A stretch of 64,000 nt of DNA from a virus (lineage: Duplodnaviria > Caudoviricetes). The translations under genes and the position numbers were made by a program. Where the stretch lies: IMG/VR virus record IMGVR_UViG_3300031555_004942, positions 53,110 through 117,109 of that record, one strand, 5' to 3'. Numbering within the stretch: position 1 is the first letter of the stretch; each line of letters opens with the position of its first letter. Below the pieces are notes generated by a model. It had not been told where the DNA came from. It worked only from the letters and a program-made list of their open reading frames with translations, and did not search any database. Positions 42,201-51,200 of this stretch are shown here, in pieces.

Positions 42201-45200
42201 AAAAAGCAGAAAATGCTCGTAAAGAATATAATAGAACAATAGATAAAGGTGGACCTTTTACAGAAAAAGATAGGGGATTTTTTAAAAACAAAAGAGAAAC
42301 AATTAAAAACATGCCACATACTTCTTTGTCTTCTACCTTAAGAAAAACAACTATTGATGCTGATATTGCAAGAGTAGAAGATAATATTGATTCTATGTTT
42401 ATTGGTAGTCATCATAAAAGACAACAAAGATATAATGAGTTATTTCATGCAAAACGATATAGTAAACGTAGTTTTAAACCAACAAAAATAAAAAATGTTC
42501 AGAGAAATGCTTTAATTCCAACAACAGGGATAGCTGTTAGTGAAAATACCAACATTCCTAACAAACAAGGATGGTTTAGTCAAAAATGGCATGGATTTAA
42601 AGACAGATTAAGAGAAGAAATTGCTTTTCGTGAAGCACGAGGAGAATACAGAGTCGGAAAATTAAGACAAAAAATAAATAATCGTTTTGGGCATAATAAA
42701 GGATTTACAGATATTCCATGGACTAATGATCCTTCATTAATGTTACCTCTTGGACAAAATACTAATAACATTCCTCAAAAACAGGGATGGTTAAAAAAAG
42801 GTTGGAATAAAACAAAATCCGCTATTTTAAAGCCATATAAATTTTTAGACAATAAAGTAAAAAATAGTCAGGCGGCTGCAAATATGGCATCTACCATAGG
42901 AACTATGACTGGTTTTATTGGTGGAGGAATGCTTGGTAATGCTATTAGTGAAGAACATGGTGGAACTATTGGATCATTATTAGGAATTACAAATATGGCA
43001 ATAACTGCTATTAATCCTTTAATTGGAGCTATAACTGGTGTAGTTTCTACTGGATTAGGTATTATTGTAAATCAAATAAAAAAACATAATGAGAAACAAA
43101 TAAAGTTGGCTCAAGAGCATTATGAAAAATTACAGAATAAAGTATCAACTTTAGAAAATTCAACTAAGGATTTTAATAGATATGATTTGTTATCACGTGG
43201 AGTTAATGAATTTGGAAATAATGTTTCTTTGTCTGATTCAGAGTATGAAGAATTTTTAAAACTTGGAAACGATTTAGGAGAATCTTTCCCTGAATTGATT
43301 ACTCGAATTGATGAAACAGGAAATTCATTTCTTGGCTTTGATGGCAAGATTGGCAATGTAGTTCAGGGACTTGAAGAATTCACTAAACAATTAAAAAAAT
43401 CTGAAGCAATTGCGGGATTAAATAAAGATAATCTTGAGGGTGAATATAGTTCTTATGTATCAAGGATTAGAGATATAAAAGATAATATTCAGAGTAAAAA
43501 AGAAAGTAGTAAGTTTTTATCAGATTCAGAAATTCAAAGATTAAATAAAGAGGGAAAATTTTATATTAATAAAACAGAAATGTCTGATGAAGATATAAAA
43601 ACTTTAAAAGAATTAAAAAAAGATAAAAATTTAAATATAAAAAAAGAAGAGTTGAGTAATTCTCTAAATAATGGGTTTTGGTCAAGTGTTTGGGCAGATA
43701 TTAAGTATGAGTGGGGACTTGGAGAAGATCCATATTCAGATGTTTATACATTTAAAAAAGAAGATCTTGAAAAAAATAAAGATTTAGAAAGATTGTATTA
43801 TAAATATTCTGGAGATATAAATACTTCTGAACAATCTATAAAACAACAAGAAGCAGAAATAAAAAGAATAAGTGGACAATATACCTCAGATATATTAAAC
43901 AACTTAATAAATTCTGGACAAGTAAATCTTGATAATGATACAAAATCTATGGTATCTACTTTACTTAATAATTTATTCCCTGATATAGATGAGGCTACTA
44001 AAGTTTGGAATAGCAGAGAGGGAGAAGCAGTATCTATAAAAGATAACATATTGGATATTGCCAACCTTATTAGTTCTGGAGATAGTGCAATTTATTTAAA
44101 ACAAATGTCTTCAATAAATACTTCTGATAATTTACAAAATGCCAATAATTCATTTAATGAATCTTCTAATAATTTAAAAAATGAATTATTTGTGAAAAAT
44201 TCAGCATTTGTGAAAGCGTTAGAAAATCAAGGCTATGATATTGATTATAAGAAACAAACAGTTACTAAAGATAACAAGACTCAAACTTTTGATGATTATA
44301 TTTTAGATTTAACTCCTCAGGGTAAATCACTACATAATCTTAATATTCAATTAGATAGTAAAACTAAAGATGGTAAAAATCTTTATGATATTGATGGATT
44401 ATCCAGAGATGTTTTACAGACAGAATTTTCTCAAGATGAATTAAGAGAAATATTAGGAATGAGTGAATTAGAAGTTAAAAATATAATAGGAACTTCAACA
44501 GGGGATGAAGCTATAGATAAATTAAGAACACGAGCAATCATTAATACTCAAAATTCTATGGATGATGTGTCTGGTTCATTTGTTACTGCTTTCAGGAATC
44601 TTGCGGATAAAGATGGCAAAAAAATATTTGATGATTTAACAGAATCTGAAATTGCTCAATATGCACAAGATTATTTTGATTATCCTGAAGAAACTTTAAA
44701 AAGATTAAATGAACAAGGAGTAACGCTTAATGATTCTATGCTTAAATACCTTGAAAGATTAAAAGAATATGCGGATCAATTAGATATGTCTGTGGATGAT
44801 TTTGTTAAGAATGCAAAATATGTATCTCATTTAGATTTAAATGGTTTTAGTACAAAAAAAGCATCAGATATTAAAACTGAAATAAATACTTTAATGGAAG
44901 TTGCTGATTCTATTCGTCAAGGAAATGAAATTACTGGAGAGCAGATGGATGCTTTAATGAGTTCTAATCCAGAAATATTAAATGAAGCAATGAAAGATCC
45001 CAATTATTTAAATAATCCTACACAAGCATATTTATCAGCAATTGAGAAACAATTATCGTTTTTTGAAGGAGCTTCACATAATGTATCTATAGGAGGATAT
45101 TATGCGAAGGATAGTACAGGATTTTGGGATACATATATTGACCCTAACAATGATTTATCTTGGATAAATTCTTTGGGTGGGGCAATGAATGCTTCTAAAT

Positions 45201-48200
45201 ATTTCATAGGAGAAGATTTTAATCTTAATACTAATTATAAGAGCGAAGATTATGATAAAAAATTTACTGACAAAAGTGGATTACAATCTGGAATTCAAAA
45301 GATAAAAACAGACCAAGGATTTACAACAGATGCACAGGCTTATGATTATTTAGTGACTACGTTTGGTACATCTGAACAAAAGCAAAGGTATAATAAATTA
45401 AGTGGTACAGATAAAGAAAATGAAGCAAAAAAAATTGCTGATGAATTGGCTACACAATATTATGATTGGTTAGAGAATATAACTGATTTAAGTCCTGAAT
45501 TAAAAAAAATTTTTGAAAAAATCGGAGAAAGTATAAATATTTCTAATGAGGTAGAAAATGCAGAAAGAGATGCATCTAATTATTATGGACTTCAAGATTT
45601 GAGACAAAAAATGTCAAGACAAAGAGAAGATTATAAAGAACAATTAAAAGATTTAGAGGTTCAAAAAAGATTAAATGAATTAGAGAACTATCTACAAAAA
45701 CGTAATCTTTTAATTGATAGATATAATAATGAGATTGCCAATGCAGATTGGGCATTAGATATAATTGCTCCTTCTGATTATTTTGGTAAGATTGATATAA
45801 CTGCTAATAAGTTAGAAGCTACTTTGAATAAATATAATGAGCTAAAAGCTCAATTTAAAGAGTTATCTGAGATGACACCTCAATCTCCAGAAGAAGCTCA
45901 AAAAATAGCTGATACTATGAAATCTATTACTGATCAAATGCCAGAGCTTACAAAAGAATTAGCAAAAGCAGAGGAGACTCTTAAAAATATTGCTTTAGAT
46001 TCTATAAGTGAAAGTATAAATAATATTACGAGTTCATTTGATCAACAACGAAAAGTATTAAATAATTCTGTTGAAATGTCTTTAAGCTTTACAGGAGTAA
46101 GTTCTAGTTTGGATTTATTAGGATTGGATTATACTCCAATGATAGAAAATAAAACTGAAGTAGAAAAAAAACAAGATGAATATAAAACATTATTATCTAT
46201 GCAAGAAGATTTTCAGGATGAATCTTTAGAGTCTCAAAATACTTATTTAGATTTATTAAAAACAGATCAAGAAGAAGAGTATTTTAAAAATAAAAAGAGA
46301 CTTAGAGAAGATGATATAGCTTCAATGAGAAGTTATTATAATGAATTATGGGCTTATGCGAAATTAGGTAAAGAATTAACTGAAGACGAAATGAAATCAG
46401 TAGTGTCTTATTTTAAAAATGCTGAGGGCATTGATTTCTTACCTGATTTTTATCAAACTGGTAATGGCAAGTGGAGATATTCACAATCAGGTAAAAGTGG
46501 AGAATCAGATGATGAGGATACTCCAGAAATAGATAATAATGCGATTGGGCAAATAACGAAAAAGATCTCTAATAAAGAAACATTAACAAAAGATGAAAAA
46601 GAACAATATGTTAATCATTTAAAATCATTATATGGGGATAAAAAACAAGAAAAATTTTTTATAGAAAACGAAGATGGATATTCTTTTAATCAGGAGGAAT
46701 TTCGTAAATCATTACTTCAGCCTGATGGTTCAATATTAATGCCTACATCATCTGCTAATATACCATCACAAGCTGATATAACTAAAACAGTAGAGCAAAT
46801 GATAAAAACAGGTGTTGAAAATGTTGATGTAAATAGCACAGAAATAAAAACGAAATATATAGCCCCAAAAATTGGGCAATTACTTGGAGCGTTTTTAGAT
46901 GTTTGGAATGAAGACAAAAATAAATTAGAATATAAACTTACAAAACCATCTCTTTTAGGATTTTCTGATGGGAAATTATCAGCCGATGGAGACAATAAAG
47001 GATGGGGTAGTCAAGGTTTAATTCAAGACATGAAAGATGCTATGAAAGAAGTAATGCATGGATTAAATGAAGATAGTTCTAATTGGAAATTAAATGCTCC
47101 AACTCCTGATAAAACGTCATGGGAAACATTTGGACAAACTATCGGGGAATATATTTCCGATGGCATTGATAAAGGTGTAGAAATAGGATTAGCTCGTCAA
47201 TCAGAAGATTCTTTACCTACTTCTGAGGGTTCTGGTTCTGCAGGAAGTATGTCTTCAACAGCTACATCTTCAGGTTCAATTCCAACTGGTGCGGCAATGT
47301 ATTTTCATTCTCCTTATGACAAAATTAATGGACATGTAGGTATTTATGGTGGAGATGGATATATATATCATTTAGGTAAAGGAGTAAAAAAAAACACTCT
47401 TCAAGAATTAGAATCAAAAGGATATGTATACAGAGGATGGGGTTGGAGTGGTGGAAAAGACCAATCTAACCAAGGATATAAAATTGCTGAAGAAGCTAAA
47501 AAAATGAGTAGTTATGGATATGCTTCTGGAAATTGTCAAAAATGGGTGTCTAAAGTATATCAACAAGCATTAGGTGGAAATAGATATCAATATACAAGAC
47601 CAAGTGCAAAATTAGCAGGAGATGAGTGGATTATTGGTAATGCAAGAGATGGAGAAAATTCTTCACTTGTGGGAATTAATCAGAATACAGCAATTGGAAG
47701 ATTAATTGCTAAAAAAGCTCAAGAACATAATTTGGGATATGGTATTTCATTAGATGGTTTAGGTTTTCTTTCCGCTAAATATGAGGGTGGAAAAGTAGGT
47801 GCTATTGCTACAGTAAAAGGAGATCATGGTGGAACATCTTATGGTATTCCTATGTTTGCAACAAATACAGGTTCTGCTGATAATTTTGTACGTTGGTTAA
47901 AAAATCAATATCCTGACCTTGGTAAATTTTTTGGTTATCATAAAGCAGGAACTCCTGGATTTAATCAAGCATGGAAGAATGTATCTGATTTATATTCTCA
48001 GATATTTGGACAAGCTCAAATACAATATGGAATGGATACCATAGTAGACCCTCAATATAATAAAATCCTTAAAAAATATGGATTAGACATGAAGAGAAGT
48101 AGAGCTTTATATGAAGTGTTAATTTCAATGGCATATCAATATAATAATTTATCTACAGGATTATTAAATGGGTATAAGTCAAATATGACAGATCGTGAAA

Positions 48201-51200
48201 TTATAGAATTAATTTATAATAATAAAGCAAATAATGTTAGTAGTAATTTCAAAAGTAGTTCTAAATCGGTACAAAGAGGAGTTGCTAATCGTATCAAAAA
48301 TGAAAAAATAGATGCTTTAACATTAGCTGCTTATTCTATAGGTACTTCATATCATAAAGGAGGTAAGGCTCTTTTAGGAGATGAGAATCTTTTAAAAGGA
48401 ATTAATCAACCAAGTCCTGAAACATTAATTTATCCAAATGGAAAAGTAGAAATTATCGGAGAAGATGGACCAGTTATTAAAAATATTCCTATTGGCACTC
48501 AAGTATTAACGACATCTCAAACAAAGGCTTTATTTAGGAATATACCTAATTATGCAGAAGGTACAGAAGTTGGCAAAGCATATTTTACAAGTGGTAATTA
48601 TAATATTAGAAAAGGTCCTAATGGTGAAATTATTACAACTATTCCTAAAGATAAATCATATGGATTCTATTTAATGGATGAAAATGGGGAATGGAAAAAA
48701 GGTACATTCTATTATGGAAATGAAGAAAATAGAAAAATGATGGTTGGTTGGATTCATCAAAATGGATTAAAAGAATATAAAGATGATTCTAATAATACTC
48801 CTATAGAAGCACATAATGTATATAATGATGGAGAAATAGGCAAAGAATATTCAGCATCAACCATATCATCTCAAGAAAATAATGATAATAAAGAGACTTC
48901 GAAAAAGAAACTTACTAAAGAAGAAATTCAAGCAATTGAGAAAAAAGCTCAAGACTTAATTGATACATTATCAATACCATTTGAATCAAAAGCTAAGGAA
49001 ATTCAGATAAATAAATTAAATAAAGATTTATATAAAAAACCTATAATTGAGTTATATGAATATATGGATGATACTACTACTGATTATGTAGAACGTATAC
49101 AAAATAAAGCTATGTTGGCAATGTATAAAAAAGAAGGAGACTTAGATACTTTATATCAAGAAGCAAATTTATATAAAGATCAACAACAAGCTTTATTAGA
49201 AGAATATTATGCAGCTATAGAACGTGGTGAAAGTACAGAATTTTTAAGCAAACTCAAAGATTCAATTTTGGAATTAGATGATGCTCTTAAGAGCGTAGAT
49301 TCTGAAATCCAATCATGGGTTGATGAAATGATTTCTTATGCTACTCAAGCATTGGAAGCCTTTAGATCTAAGATTAATCATGAACAAGAAATGTTAGATT
49401 TTGATTATAACTTAGGAGTTATTGGTAAAAAGACTGATGAAAACTATTATAAGGTAAGGTCTGAAAATAGAGAAGAATTAAAAAGACAATCAGAAAAATA
49501 TATTGATTCTGTTGTTAATACTATTGTTAGACAAGCATTAATTGAGGGAGCTTCTGTTGAAGCTGCATATAATAAAGCTTATAATAGTGAAGAATATAAG
49601 ACTGCCATAAAAGAACATTATCAACTCTTTGAGGCTGAAAAACAAGATAACGAAGATAAATTAGCAAGTCAACGAGAAGAAATAAGAAATAGAGAAACTC
49701 TATTAGATTTATCAAGAGAAGAACGTTGGAATAATCTTGATAATATTAATATCTATTATGGGGAAAAAGAAGAAGCTATAGATAATGAAATAATAGCTTT
49801 AAAAGAAGCATTAAAGTGGGAAAATCTTTCTCATGAAGAATATGTACAAAAAACTATGGAAATAGCAGATCTTGAAAAGAAAAAAGCAGATAATATAAAA
49901 GCAAGATTAGAAGCTATGCAAGAATTCTATAGTAGACAATATGATTCTATGACGTATATGGTTAATGAATATACCGATGCTCTTAATGATGAAAAAGAAG
50001 CTATTTCTAAGACTTATGATGAAGAAATCAGAAAATTACAAACTGTTAATGAGCAAAAAGAACGTGGCATAAAACTAACCGAATTACAAACTGCTTTAGA
50101 TAATGCTAAAAAAGAAAAGAAACGTATATATAGAGCAGGTGTTGGTTTTGTTTATGAAGAAAACAGAGAAGAAATAAACAAAGCAGAAAAAGAATTAGAA
50201 GATTTCTATAGTCAAGATCGTATTGATAGCATGAATGAAGCTAAAGAGTTAGAATTAAAAGCACTTGATGAAAGGATTGAAGGTTGGAATAAATATCTTG
50301 AAGCAATTGAAAAAGTATATAAAACTGCTGAAAGACGTGACCATATGAAAGTACTTGAAGGCTTATATGGAGTTGAAGGTTGGGAAGGTATTTGGAAAAT
50401 TTTAAATGATGATTCAAATGAATTCTTAATAAATAAAGAAGCAGGTCAAGACATTTATTATGGTCAAAACACCAATATGTTAGAAAATTATATAGGTGTA
50501 TCTTCTGAAATTTATAAAAAAATGGATGAAGGTGTACAACTTTTAAAAGATATAAGTGAATATGAAACATCATCTGTAAAATTACAAGGAGTTCCTAATT
50601 GGAGAGATTATGCTCATGTTATAAGTGATTTTAATGCAACTGCATCTGATTCTACTTTAATTCAACAGTTAAATGAAGAATATGGTTGGAATTTAACTCC
50701 TCAAGATTTAAAAAATATGAGTGACCAGAAATATAATGATTTATTTGCTGAAATAACTCAGTTATTTGAATCTAAAGGTCCTGAAGAGGCAATGAAATCA
50801 TTAAAATATGTTTTAGAAACAGGATGGATAGATGGAGATTCACCTTTGGGTACGCTTACTTATGGTACATATCAACAAGCATATAATATTGGTAAAGATA
50901 TATTGTTAAAAAAAGGTTCTCCTTTATATAACACCTTTAACCAACCAACAAACCTTGATTTAAACAAATTAGGTTTATCTTATGGTGTGTATGTTCATGA
51001 TGGATTCTCTAATAATCTTATCAAAGATGGTAGAGTTAATAAAGATTCGATAGATTATAAAAAATTAAAAGAAGGTCATTTTTCTGATGAAGACATATAT
51101 AATTTTGCTTTTTCAGACATGATAAAGCAAAAAGCTAAAGAAGCTATCGAAACAGATTTAGATATAAATGGTGTTATTTTACCACAATTTAAAGATGGTA

